Assembly: GCA_016748015.1 (NCBI GenBank)
Contig: JAAOMT010000328.1
Coordinates: 574,955-638,954, forward strand
DNA length: 64,000 nucleotides
Reading direction: 5' to 3'
Origin: Geosiphon pyriformis uo1
Taxonomy: Eukaryota; Fungi; Glomeromycota
Position 1 is the first letter of the stretch, and each line of letters begins with the position of its first letter. Below, piece by piece: positions 11,140 to 24,450 of this stretch. The position numbers and the translations under genes were made by a program. The notes under the pieces are model-generated. The model saw nothing but the letters and a program-made list of their open reading frames with translations. It did not search any database and had not been told where the DNA came from.

Positions 11140-14100
11140 ATAGCTATCCAGATGTGCCAAAGCATAATTTTATGTGGCATTAAAAAATATTCCATAACTA
11201 ATCCAGTCACTAATAAGAATCGTGTATTGGCATGAGGTGTCACACATTTTTTCTTGACCAGGAATGTTGTTCTATATTTTTTTGTTAAGTAATTGTTCTC
11301 TACAAGCAAAACATGGTTTGTTGTCTCACTTGTCTTGTTATTTGGAATATTCATAGTGTTTTTTGTGACATAGTTTGTAGTAATAATAGATGTATGTCCA
11401 ATAGTCTTTGTCAGATGTGATTCATGTTTCCATAGAAGAAAGTTTCTTGTCACAATCTTGGTATTTAAGTGGGATGTATGGTGGTTGCTTCAGTGGCTCA
11501 TGTATATAAAATTTTTTCCAGTTACTAATTATTTCTTTTGTGGTGGTGTTTTTTTCTGGTGTATTCTCTTCTTTTTCTTTCCTTTTGTTGTTCCAAAAAA
11601 GTACCAGTAGTAACTTGTTGTGTTTGGTATTGGCTCAGAAAACTTGGTAGGCTTCTTAGATAGGTTTTTTTTCATCATCATTGAACTCAATAAGTAGTGC
11701 TGTAGTGTGGATGGTCTTGAAATAACCACATATGGCTGGTATATATGTGTTGTCTATTCTGGCTAAGTTGCAATTTTTGAGTAGTCCAATTAAGCACAGT
11801 GTTGGTTTTAAACAACCAATTATTGCCAATGAGTGCTTAGTATTGGGTTGCTTCTATTACCAAGACTTTGATAAATATAATGATGCCATTAACTTCAAAG
11901 AAGAAGTCATTAATTTCATCAATAGGAGTTTTAGTCATTCTATTAACTGTAATGATTTTGGCACTGGCAGCTTGATCAACTCAGCAACCTAATTGGTCCA
12001 TGAGTTGTTACATAATGATGCTGCCTGTTGAACCACTGTTTAAGATCAGTTTAATTGGCTGACCATTAATTTTGACATCAGTATACATCACAGTGATGGA
12101 TTTTACATTAAGTGTGGCTCCATTAAAGAATGGTGTTTCTACTTGGTTTTTTAATTTGAATAAGAAAATGACTGTTAAAGAGTTATTATTGATAATAGCA
12201 GTATGTTGTTGATAAATGGCTGTTTTTGATTGGGTTCTGGTTTGTTGGGTGTGGTGTCTTCTGGGGTAACCAAAAGACTTAAATAGTTTTGGGAATTCAG
12301 GTTTTGAGAGTACCCAGTTTCCAAACTCCACTGGCATGATCTTAATTGTTAATTGGAAGAACTGAAGATTAGTTAATAGATTATTATTGCCAATCTCCAG
12401 TTTTGTTGGGTTATTCTTAGCCTTTGGTTTCCAAGTAACATTGGAGCTGGATTTTGAAACAGTATTTGAATCAGTTGGGACTAATAGATTACTTGTGACT
12501 GTGATGGTTGATAAATTATTAGAATAGTTGGCTGATAAATTAAAGGTACATATATTGGCTGCTGTATTATTTGAGTGTAATTAGATGGATATTGATCTTA
12601 ATTTAGGTGATAGTTTGGAGTTTAAAATTTGCAATTGGGGGTTTTTGTATTGATTTTCTGATCATGAATTATTATAAAATCAGCAGTCGGCTCTTAGATA
12701 ACCTTGTTTACCACAGTTGTGGCAGATACATGTTTCTTGCTGCTATGGCTGATTATATGAAGAGGATGAACATAACTGATTTTGGAAATAATTTGCATTT
12801 CTCTGATTATTTTGTTGTTGTGAAGGTTAATAAATGGCTTGATTATTAGTTAAGTATCCCTCTAATTTCTGATTAATTGAGTCACTGAATTGCTTTAGCT
12901 TGAAATTCAAGTTAGATAATCTGTTTATTACTAAATTTACAGCTTGAATGTGGTTGGCTTTTAATTTAGCTGATTCTAAATCTCTAATATAGTTAATAAC
13001 GTCCTGAAAAGTAGCTGGACATAGTAGGCATATGTATTGTAGTAGGCTGCTGTACAACCCACAAATAAACTGATTCAAAATCTGGAGTACTGTAAAGTAG
13101 TTTGTGTTAATGGCTTGAATTTGATGCAGATTTTGGTGAAAGTGTCTCAAGTAAGTTGTGACTGCTTCAGTGTTTTTTTGCTTAATAGTAGTAAAATTAG
13201 TTGCTAAACAATTAATACTGTTATAATTGCTGAAATATTGCTAAAATATGACTTTGAATGTATTGAAATCTTAGAGTTTGTTTACAAAATTTTGGTACCA
13301 AGAATTGGCAGTATTTTGTAAAAAGTATAAGATGGCTTGTATTGCTCTAGCATCATCCCAGTTGTTGGCAGTTATTGCTTTGGCTATGTCATTAAGCCAA
13401 ACTTGGATATTATCTTCTTTGCCAGTAAATTTTTCTAACTTAACAATTGATACATAGGCCATTAGTACAATTAGTGGTTGTTGGAGTGGCTATTAAAGTG
13501 GTTGTTAAAGTGGTTGTTGTTGAGATGGTGTTTGTGGCTGTTGAATTGGTTTGACAATTAGTTTAATTGGTGGCTGATTGATTATAATTATTGGAGGTAA
13601 GTGTTGTTGATTAATTATGTCGGAGTTGGGATTGTTCTGATTTTCCTGAATTTGAATATTTAGGATTTGATTTTCTGAGTTTTCTGTAACTGGATTTTGT
13701 TTATTAATTTCTTGATCACTGCCTTCTTTTTCTTTAAAGTCAGTTATTTTCCAGAAGCTGGTGGTTCTGAAATCTGGTTGTAGTGGTTGTGATTAAATTT
13801 TTGATGGTATTGGGGATTGCAATTTAAATCCCTCAAAATAATTGCTGTATGTTCTTAATAACTCTGTTTTCTTTTGTTTACTTTGAAATGGAATTCTGTT
13901 CAATAGTATTGTTGCACTTGCTGTAGTCATGCTTATTATATTAATAGTACTTCCAAGTGTGTAATAATATAATAAATTAGCAAGTAAATCAAATTTTTGT
14001 TTCTTCCAAGTGGGTAGTTGGATTTGCTATTGTGTTCCTGCTGATGTTTGTAATCTTCTTTTTTTTTGTTGGCAAAAGTAATAAAAAATCTCTGCTTGGT

Positions 14101-14426
14101 GTATTTTTCAATTTTTTTGTTTATTTCTATGATTAGGAATGCAAATAAGTAGTTTTGTGGAAGAGTAGTACTTTGGAGTAGTTTACTAAAGAAATTGTTG
14201 AAGGCAAATTCTGGATCTTCTTGGCCTCCCAAATGATATATTATTCTCTCATTAATATAGCAATTGAAAGCTGATTCTGTTGGCCAACTATTATTTGTTA
14301 ATCTGAGATAGGTGTAATAATATTGAAATAAGAATTTTGCAAATCCCAAATAGTTTGTTCCTATTTCTTTAGATTCTGCCACTGTTTCAGATAGGTGTTA
14401 TTGGTACTGGTTTTTTGTTAGATTAT

Positions 14427-14444
14427 ATTTCACAGGGAGCACCA
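14427..14444 (-). promoter_or_regulatory. Primer-binding site of A1 (TGGTGCTCCCTGTGAAAT)
   Basis: Same TGGTGCTC core as B1, 2 nt from the LTR end. Confidence 0.82.
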
Positions 14445-14446
14445 AA

Positions 14447-15314
14447 TATTATAGGTAATTATTTAAAGTCTTAAATCAAATAACAAACCCATAACTTGGT
14501 GTTCAATAATTAATTTCATTGGTAATATTTGAAGGTTTTGGTATCTGAAGACTTTGGTTGAGTTCTTTGTATAATGAACAGAGATTCACTTATTGTTTTA
14601 TCTGTAGCTTTTCAGAACTGCAATTCCATCAAATTTTTTTCTTAGCATAATGGCCAGTAATCTTTCTGATAAGCTATTCTCAATTAAGTGTTCTATTTTT
14701 ATTCCTGGGTTTTTTACTAGTCACTTATATTCTGACATCAGTATTTTTGTATGTTAATTCTTTTAATCAAGTTAGTAAAAATAAACAAAGACAGAAAATA
14801 AAATCGAGAAAAATAAGAAAAGAAAATAAAAGAAAAGAGAGAAATAAGCCAAGACAATAACTGTTAGTATCTTGTCAATAGTCATGATTAAGAGCTATTG
14901 TTTTAGTGTGGTTAAGTATCAATTACTATCAACACTTTATGTTAATAATAGAAGAGTAAATTGAGAGAACAAATAATTATTTATTGATATTTGTGAATTA
15001 AAAGATTGCTTAAATAAAATTTAAACTACAAAGTTTGTCTTTTCTACTTTTAACACTATCACTATATATACATAATTGAGATTCTTCAATTTTTTGATTT
15101 TTCACACCAGGAATTTTGGAATTTCTGGAATTCTGCAATTTCTTTGAGAAAAATCCTGGAATTCTGGAATCTTGTAATTTCTCATACAAAAATCCTGAAA
15201 TTTTTGAAATTCTGCAATTCTTTTAAGAGGAATCCTGAAATTCTACATTTACTATAACTACTTTTGATTGGCTAATTTATATGCTAATATACTTTCTATA
15301 TTCTATGAGTAATA
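14447..15314 (-). repeat. 5' LTR of A1 (868 bp)
   Basis: Homologous to the other family A LTRs; TG..CA termini decayed to TA..TA; TATA-like element and GGAATTCT-type U3 repeats. Confidence 0.88.
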
Positions 15315-18300
15315 ACATAATAACAAAAAAATGACTTGGTATAGCCAAAACTGTTTTTGTTTACATTAATAACATCATTATTAAAACTGACATGAAAGTT
15401 TTTGAAAGTAAAAAATATACTATTATTATTGCCAATGAATGACTTAAAAAAACAAAAGTTTTACTTAACTATAAACTTTATGAACTAACTATTAGATATG
15501 ATAAGAAGTCCATTGTAATTAAGTGTTATTATTAAACAACTTCTCTAATAACCAAGCAAAGTTCAAAAGAAAAACAATTAAACAAATTAGATGATGAAAA
15601 AAGCAAAAAAAAAGAGAATAAAAAAGAACAAGAAAAAACTGCTAAACTTGCTTACACTATTTTTATTAGTAATATGGTTTTTGTGTTTGGTACTAATACA
15701 ATAAACTATTGTATTCTCCCAGTAATGAATACATATTATGCCTAATCTATTATAAAGATTAGGAACCTATTAGTCTAATACTTAAAGAAGAAATAAAAAA
15801 AGTACAAAAGTTTTTTGAGAACAAACTACTTGAAATCCAATTATTAATAATAGGACACAGAAAACTTTTTTTTAAAGAAAGAAAAGTAAATATTGAAAAC
15901 CTATTGGCTAAAAACAGTCCAGTTATATTAAAAAAAAGTGATACTCTTAGACATACTTATGTAATACAACACATTATTACCACCAGAGAAACTTGATTCA
16001 TTTATTTAAAGTTTTATCAATCCAATTGACACAATGATAAGTTTATTAAGAAAGAAATAAACTGAATAAAAAATCTTGGATTTATACAAAAAACCAAAAG
16101 TTAATAGGTCTTTTTAGTTATAGTAGTATTCAAAAAAAATAGAATTTTATGCTTTTGTGTTAATTTCTGCCAATTAAATACTATTACTAAAAAAAACATA
16201 TATTCACTTTTCAAGATTGATGCAATGTTAAACAAATTCAATTGTGCTGCTTTCTTTTTAACTATTGACTTAACTGTTGAATTCTGGCAAGTAAAAATGA
16301 ATTCAGAAAGCAAAAAAAAACCGTCTTTATCATCAAGTATGGTATCTATAAATTTACAGTTATGTCTTTTGGTTTTACTAATATTTCTTCTATCTTTCAA
16401 TGCTTAATAGACAAAATATTCAAATCAGTAAAAGAAAACTTTGTTTTGGTTTACTTAAATAATATAATAATATACTCAAGAACCTGGAATAAACATCTTG
16501 AACACTTGCAAAAAAATTTTGATCTTTTCAGAAATGTTGGTCTTAAAATCAACCCAATTAAATCTTTTTTTGAATAACAATTCACACAGTTTTTTGGTTA
16601 TTTTATTACAAAAAATGGAATTTTTTTGATCCAGCCAAGATTAAAAAAGTCTAGAACATTAAACAACTAATAAATATTTATAAACTATGCTCTTTTCTTG
16701 GTTGGTCTTCTATTATCAAAAATTTGTTAAAAATTTTTCCAAAATTGTCTCTCTTCTTAATCAACTACTTAGAAAAAATGTTAATTACTATTAAAGTACA
16801 TATTAACAAAAAGCATTTGAAACTTTAAATAAAAAATAAATTACAAAACCCATTCTCATGCAATCTAATCTGAATTAATTTTTTATCTTTTATACTGATG
16901 TATTTGATTATAGACTTGATGCTGTTTTCTTATAAAAAAACAAAAAAAACAAGGAATATACTATAACATATGCCAATAAAATGCTTTTATCAGCAAAACA
17001 AAACTATTTAGTTACTAAACAAAAATGCTTAATAGTAATTTGAGTTACTAGTTATTGGAATAAATATTTTTTTAGTATAAAGTTATTGGTAGTAACAGAT
17101 TACTAAACTTTGGTTTGGCTATACAACAAAAAAAAGCTGGTACATAAATAGATAACTTGTTAAATACTTTACTTGGATAAATTTGACTATGATATTCAAT
17201 ATTATAAAGAAGCAAATCATCAAAATGCCAATACTCTTTTCAGACTTATTATCCAAAAATAATACAATATTCACAAACCAAACTAACCTAATTATTAGTA
17301 ACTTCTTTTTAACTAAACACAATAATGAACTTGAACAACTATTCTGCACTAATAAAATTTTTGGTAAAAAACAATATTCACTAAAATACAATTAACAACA
17401 AAAAAAACATTTGTACAAACAATCAAATTTTTATTTGATCTATTAAAACCAGTTATATAAAAAAAACAAAAAAGATCCTGATCATTCTCAAAAAGTTATT
17501 AGATTTGAAAAAAAAAAATTGTAATTTACAATATGTATACTAACTCATTAGCTAGACACTTTGAAAAAACAAAAACAATTCAGAAAATTTTAATTCACTA
17601 TTATTGGCCTACTTTGGAAAAAGACATTACTAAATACATTAAAATCTGTGATACTTGTCAAAGAAAAGGAAAACTCAATTGCAAGAAAAATATTTATCCA
17701 ATCTTTATTGGTCAACCATTTAACAGAATTAATATAGATATTGTTGAATATTTAACAGTAATTTCTGATGGCAACAAATATATTATCACAGCTACTAATT
17801 ATTTTATAAAATAGATAAAAGCTAGAGTCACTTCAAATTAAACAGCAATCTCAATAACCAATTTCATTTATAAAAATATCATTTGTTGCTATGGCTGCTT
17901 CAAAGAACTTTTATCTAATAGAAAAAAAGCTTTTCTCAGTATATTAGTTAAAAAACTTTGTAAAAAAATGGGAATATGTCATAAACTCTCTTCTTTTTAT
18001 CATTTTTAGACCAATAATCTAGTAGAATATTTTAACAGAACACTATATAAAACTTTAGCCAAAACCAGTAAAGAAACAAACTTATAAAACAAAGTACTAT
18101 TTTCAGTTTTATTTGTTTATAAGACTGTAAACCATAACATAATAAATTATAAACTCTTTTATCTGCTCTATAAATAAGTAACAACTTTACTAATAGAAAC
18201 TAATATTGAAACAATACTTTTTAAGGAAATAACAATAAGAAATTACAAAAACATTTTGCAAAAAAAACTTGATACTATTTTTGACTCCTTAATAGAAACA

Positions 18301-19080
18301 TGAATAATTGCCTTTAAAAAGATAAAACAGTTTCAAAAAAAGCTTAAAAAAAAAAAAACCTATAAAACACTTTCTTTAAATATTAGTGACTTAATTTTAG
18401 AATATTATTTAGACAGAGACAATGTCTATGATAATAAATTCTCTAGCCAGTAGAAAAAACCCTTTATAGTCAACAAAGTTTTAAATAATAGTTTATATAT
18501 TTTACAAGATTAATATAAAACAATCTTCAATAATTGTTTTGTTAATAGTATACAACTCAAAAAATATTACAAACGACTTAATTGGTTATCTGTTATAGTA
18601 ATATTGGTCCAAATAATCAACAAAAATCAGATATAAATAAATACACTATTTCCAAAACAAAGGTATTTTCAATTAAAATAAACAATTATTTCTTAGATCA
18701 AAACATTCAAAACACTTTCTATACTCTTTATAAGTATTGAATCAAAAATTATTCAAATGCTATTTTAATCATTGGAAAACAAACTACTATAACTGATAAC
18801 AATAGAACACATACTATTATTAAACTAAAGAAAACAACTACCAGAAGAGAAAAAATTGGTAACAAAATAGATAAATATTTGCTAAAAAGTATAACAACAG
18901 TAATATTTTTATCTTTTATTACAATTGAAAAAACAATCCCAAAAATTTTGTTTATAAACAAAAACTTGTTATATAAAAAACAACTGGAGCTTTATGATTA
19001 CTTTGGTAAAATTATAAAAAACATAAAGCTTTTGAAAAAAACAACTTTAAAGATACAGGTAGAAATTTTGGGCATTATAT

Positions 19081-19737
19081 TGTTACAAGTTAGAGTAACA
19101 AGCTAATAAATAGCAAGGAAAAACAAGATTATAGAATAATAAAATTAATCAAAGAGAATTTAACTTCAAGAAACAAATTAAATGAATATGAATTCAATGT
19201 GCAAGATCAGTCTTATAAAATATCTCAATCACTATTTTTTTAAAAGATAATTAGAGAATCTAAAGGTAAAAAAATAGTCTGTACTGTCAACAAATAATAA
19301 TACACTAGTATAATTTTATGCCTTATATTGGCACTTTTAAAATTTGATATTAGGTATTAAATGTGCTTTTTAGTCATGTTTTATTCAATAATCTTCAAAT
19401 ACTACTATTATACGAGTTAGAAAAAGGATAAATAAATGCCAACAAGTAATCTTTTATTCCAAGATATTTAGATACTTGAAAATAAGAAAAAAAAATTAAC
19501 AAGAAATTAAGATAAAATTGTTATTTTATTTCTTTGCTTTTTTTGATTTTTACATGCTTTTCTACAGCTAAAAAATTTATTGCTTATATAGTTTTTGAAA
19601 GTGGTTAATAATCAGGTCAATAATTAAGTTAATAATTAAGTCAATAATTACTATCTAAAAATAGGGTGGCTAATTATATAATATTAATGGCTAATACATA
19701 TAATAACTAATAAAAAGTATAAATTTCAACCATAATA
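19081..19737 (-). repeat. Solo LTR of family C inserted in inverted orientation into ORF3 of the family C element
   Basis: Reverse complement of 19965-20630; perfect TSD ATAT (19077-19080 / 19738-19741). Confidence 0.92.
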
Positions 19738-19964
19738 ATATGATTAAATGTCTTAAGAGTTTTAACCATTGCTAAAAAAGCCAGAACTCTTATACAAAGA
19801 TTTGGTTTCTTGAATACAAAACTTATTTTATCTTAGATATTATATATCTTATCTACAAAAGACTTTAACAAACTAGTTAACTTTGAGCTAAACAAAACTC
19901 TTTAAATAAATTACTTTATGAATAGCTTGATTTTGCTAAAACTTAATCTCTTTAGAGAAAATAA

Positions 19965-20630
19965 TATTATAGTTGAAATTCATAGTTTTTATTAGTTATT
20001 ACATGTATTAGCTATTGATGTTATATAATTAACTATTCTATTTTTAGATAGTAATTATTAACTTAATTAATAACTTGACTGTTGACTTAATCATTGACTT
20101 GATCATTGATCTAATTATTGACTATTTTAATAACTGTAGAAAGTATTAATATAACAAATAATCAAAAATAAATAAAATAACAACTATCATATTAATTTTT
20201 CTTATATTGCTTATTTTTCTTTCCTTATCTTCAAGTATCTAAATATTTTGGAATAAAAAATTATTTGTTGGCATTTACTTACCCTTTTTCTGACTTGTAT
20301 AATTATAATATTTGAAGATTATTAAATAAAATATGACTAAAAAGTATATCTAATACTTGATATTAAATTCTAAAAGTGCTGATGTGAAACATAGAATTAT
20401 ATTAATATGTTATTATTTGTTGACAGTATAGACTATTTTTTTATCTTTAAATTTCCTGGTTATTCTTTGAAAAAAATAGTTATTGAGATATTTTATAAGA
20501 CTAATCTTACATATTGAATTCATACTTATTTAATTTGCTCTTTAAAGTTGAATTTCTTTTAATTAATTTTATTATTCTATAATTTTGTTCTTTTTTATTA
20601 TCTATTAACTTGTTATTCCAACTTGTAACA
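19965..20630 (+). repeat. 3' LTR of the family C element (666 bp)
   Basis: Follows the PPT and ends CTTGTAACA; contains 12-bp TTGACTTAATCA-like repeats. Confidence 0.88.
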
Positions 20631-23010
20631 ATATCATAAAATACTACTTTTAACAAATTTATAATATTAATACATATTATATTATTATTATTTAATAATT
20701 TATTTTATTTTATTATTGTTTGTAGTTTTGAATTGAAAATTTACATGTAATTTATATGACTAATAATTAATCTTTACATAAAATCAACTAATTTTAATAT
20801 AATAATCTTAATTATATTAAATATTATTTTAGCTTTTATTAACTAATTTTTAAAAATAAATTCTTTATATAAAAACAAATATAAACTAATATTAAAAAAA
20901 CTTAAGATCAATAACTAAAGTATTACCAAAAATATTAGACTAATATTAATTAAAAACTTTTAAAAAAAAACTACTTGTTTAATAACTCTTAAAAAATAAA
21001 TAAATCTAAATTATAAACAAAAACATAATTTAAAAACTTTATTTTTTTATATTATATATACATATACTTAAATATTTACTATTATATAATTACTTTTTAA
21101 TAGCAATTAAATATTTTTTATATGGAGTTTTTATTAAATATATATGCAAATTAATAGTAATTTTGTTTATAAAACTAACAATTACATAAAAGTTAAAATG
21201 CCAAACCAAACCAAAGCAATAAAATATTAATTAATATTACCAATGAATAAAAAATTTATAATCTTAAAATCTGAATTAGTTTTTTACAAAAAACATTTAA
21301 TTATATTATTTATCAATTTAATAAAACAATATATATTGTTAAAATTATTTAATTAATTACTATTAAAAAAATTTTCTCAATATTTACTTAAAAAATAAGT
21401 TTTAAAAACATAATTAAGTTTGTTAATATATTAATTTGTTTATTGTTTAAGACATCAAAATAATCTTTAATTTTTATTTATTTAACAAAAATATTTTTAA
21501 ATTTAATTAAGTTTCTAATATAATAGTACTTAATTCAATAATTATTATAAAAATTAAGACTTTTTAACAATAATTCAATATTATATATATTTAAAAATAC
21601 TTGGCTATTAGAAAAAAATATAATATTAAATAATATTAGAACATACTTAAGCATTAAAACAATAGTTTGTATTTTAACTAAAGTTAAAAACAACAAACTA
21701 TAAACTTTAATATCAATTTTTAAACCAATTTCAGATTAATAATCTGTAATATTATTAATAGTACCAAAAAAACCAAAATTTATAATAAATTTATTTATAA
21801 AAATTAAGATATTAGACAAAAAAACAATTTACAAACCAAAATAAGTAAATACAAAAACACTTGTATTTAATATATTTATTTAAAAAGTTTTTTAAAAGAA
21901 AACAAAAAGTTTTTGACTAAATTTCTATTTATAACAAAATAAAAAAATTAGACTTTTTAAATTTATGTGCTTTTAATAACAAAAAATTTTTCAATTAAAA
22001 TACAATTCATAATTATTCAATAGTTAATCAGCAAAAATAATGCCAAAATGTTTAAGAAACTTAAAAATCTTAAAATATTTTGTGAATTTAATATATCTAA
22101 GACAGAAATATTATATTCGAAATAAAAAGCATTAAAAACACTAACAGCCAGAAAAACTTTATTGTTTAAAAATATTTTTATTATATTGTTAGAAAATTGT
22201 TTATAAAATCGATTTTTAATCTGATTAAAAAACAGAAAATATTTCAAAAAATCTAGTATATTATTTGTAAATCTAATAATTTGTGTTTAAAAAATTTGCC
22301 AAAAATATTTTTAATATTAATAAAACAAATTATTAAAGTTATTTTACTCTTAGCTTAAACTTAATCAAATGGTTTTAAATTATATAATAATATATAATAT
22401 ATAGTATTATAATTCTAAAATTATAAATTTAAGTATTTTTTTTGAATATTAATAATTTTAGTTTGTAATATAAGTACTATGTATTATAACTGTTTTAACT
22501 ACAGTATAAATATAGTTGTATGAATTTATTTTACAATATATAGAAAGAAAAAAAACAAAAGTTATAAATAATAATTATAAAATAAAAAAATAAAAAATAA
22601 TTATTGTTGTTTTTGAACAAAGGCACAAAAAATAACATAAATTATCAGAAAACAATTAAATTATTCTATTAAAATCAAACCAAAATTTTTATAATTAATT
22701 ATTAAAAAGATGTGATGTTTAAATATTTAATTTAAAAAATAAAAATAAAAATAAAACATTAAAAAATCATAAAAATAATAATACCAATAGAAATAGTATT
22801 GCTTAAATATTTAGTTAACATATTTTAATATAGAATTTTCAGATAACATTTTTATTTTTATTTAACAAAATTATGATAAAAATAATTCTTTTAAAAAGTA
22901 GTATAAAATAATATAATTAGAGCTAATTGCTTGTAACAAAATAAAAATATATATAATAATATAAAGAAGATATAAAACAGAGAAAAAAATAATAAAAAAA
23001 AAAAAAAAAA
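20631..23010. other. Extremely AT-rich, heavily decayed block of unknown origin ending in a poly(A) run
   Basis: No recognisable motif; long A run ends at 23010 and abuts family B sequence. Confidence 0.4.
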
Positions 23011-24208
23011 CTTATTATTTATAATAAACTATATTTTTCTTTAGATAATATGCAAGCTTTCATAAATAAAAACTTTTTGTTGCAATTTTTGTATCTAAGT
23101 AGGATATATAGTGATTGTTTCTTCAGTTCTGGTTTTCAATATAATATATATCAATTATTAACTGGTTTAATTATAGAAATAAATTATTAGCTGGTTTTTT
23201 TAAACTATAATAATATTGGCTGTAATGTTTTAAATAATTGTTTTGTTTTTTCAGCTCAATTGGATATTAATTTAAAAGCTATGTAAATCTCAGTAATTGG
23301 TTTCTCTTTTTTTTTTGAATTTAAACATTAGAGCTTTTTAGATTGTTTATTAAAACTACTATATATAAAAAGTACTTAGGTATATTGTTTTTAATATAAG
23401 ATTTTAAGTTTTTAGATTTTTCAATTTAAATTTAAATTGGCTTTAAAGAGCCAATTGTTTTTTACTTAGGTTTAGTATTAAAGTATATTTATAACTAGAA
23501 CTTTTACTAAAATAATAATTTTATTGATTGTAAAAAAAAAATCATCAATTTTTTTTATTGAAGTTTTTTTTATACTATTGGCTATAACAATAACTGTCTG
23601 GATTGGTCTGTTTATATTTTGTTTGAGTTGTTGTATTAATTGATATGTAATAATATTTCAGGCAAATTTACTGTTTAAAAATAAGTAAATTGGTTTTTTT
23701 TTACTTCTGTTTTAGTATATATAGCAGTAATTGCTTTTTGTTTTATAATAGCTGCATTGTTAAACAAGAATGGTAATTTATTTGCTTTGAATTCGAATAG
23801 AAATATATCTAAAAGATTGGTGTTTTTGGCTATTTTGGCTGATAGAATAATATAATTGTTGCTAAAAAAATTTTGTCTTGGTACTGTAGCTTTATTTTTA
23901 AAAAATATAATTTGATAAAAATCCTGTTCTTCAGACATTGTTAAATAGCTAAGTTGGATATAAAAATAATTAGGTCTTTATTGAACTGTATTGTGGAAAA
24001 CTAATTAATTGTTAAGATTAACTTTGTTATTATTTAAAAATTGATTTTGTGGTGTAATTTGGTTTTATTAAACCAATTTTTAAGTAAATATTTAATATTG
24101 TTGGGTAGATAATAATTAATATTGTTGAATCTGTAGTAGTTGTTGATATTATTGTTGTATTGGTTATGAAACAGATTGATAATAATTGTTTTAAGATTTT
24201 AATAAGTA
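23011..24208 (-). mobile_element. Family B remnant B2 (protease to gag C-terminus), left part
   Basis: Colinear with B1 about 7380-8490; ORF 23675-23938. Confidence 0.85.
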
Positions 24209-24450
24209 CAATTAGAAAGATTTTAAATTTTGTAGATCAATTCTAGAATAATTCACAAAAAATTCTTGTAATCTAATTAATGTTCAGCATTATTAGTATA
24301 GAAAATTTGATAATACTTTATTAATCAAATACTTCAAATAAAAATTAAAACTAACAATAGAAACATACTTTTATAAACACAAAGTTTCAAAATCTATAAA
24401 GATCTACACAACTTTACATAGTAATTTTTTATTAAATTGGATTTAAAATT

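Larger units (their letters stand above)
1..15314 (-). mobile_element. Ty3/Gypsy LTR retrotransposon, family A copy A1 (5' LTR, PBS, gag, protease, Cys-rich region, dUTPase); 3' half runs off the left edge; split by element B1
   Basis: 5' LTR at 14447-15314 with adjacent PBS. Gag fragments 13271-13462 (EKFTGKED..VWLNDIAKAITANNW) and 12827-13150, protease 12008-12337 (LILNSGSTGSII, decayed DSG), dUTPase 151-927. Host frame D-S-Y-P rejoins across the B1 insertion. Confidence 0.92.
15315..20630 (+). mobile_element. Ty3/Gypsy family C copy (protease C-terminus, RT, RH, IN, ORF3, 3' LTR); lacks the Cys/dUTPase module; 5' part displaced by A1
   Basis: RT peptides 16225-16577 (TIDLTVEFWQ, LVYLNN), IN 17533-17814 (ICDTCQR, INIDIV), PPT AGAGAAAA at 19954, LTR at 19965-20630. 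Confidence 0.9.

Noticed and set aside
14427-14444. tRNA gene at GAGCACCA motifs
   Set aside because: Only the 3'-terminal match exists, adjacent to LTRs; these are primer-binding sites with no cloverleaf.
21140-22400. Possible FAD-binding reductase or CACTA transposase remnant
   Set aside because: Only vague resemblance; the key motifs cannot be restored using transitions alone.
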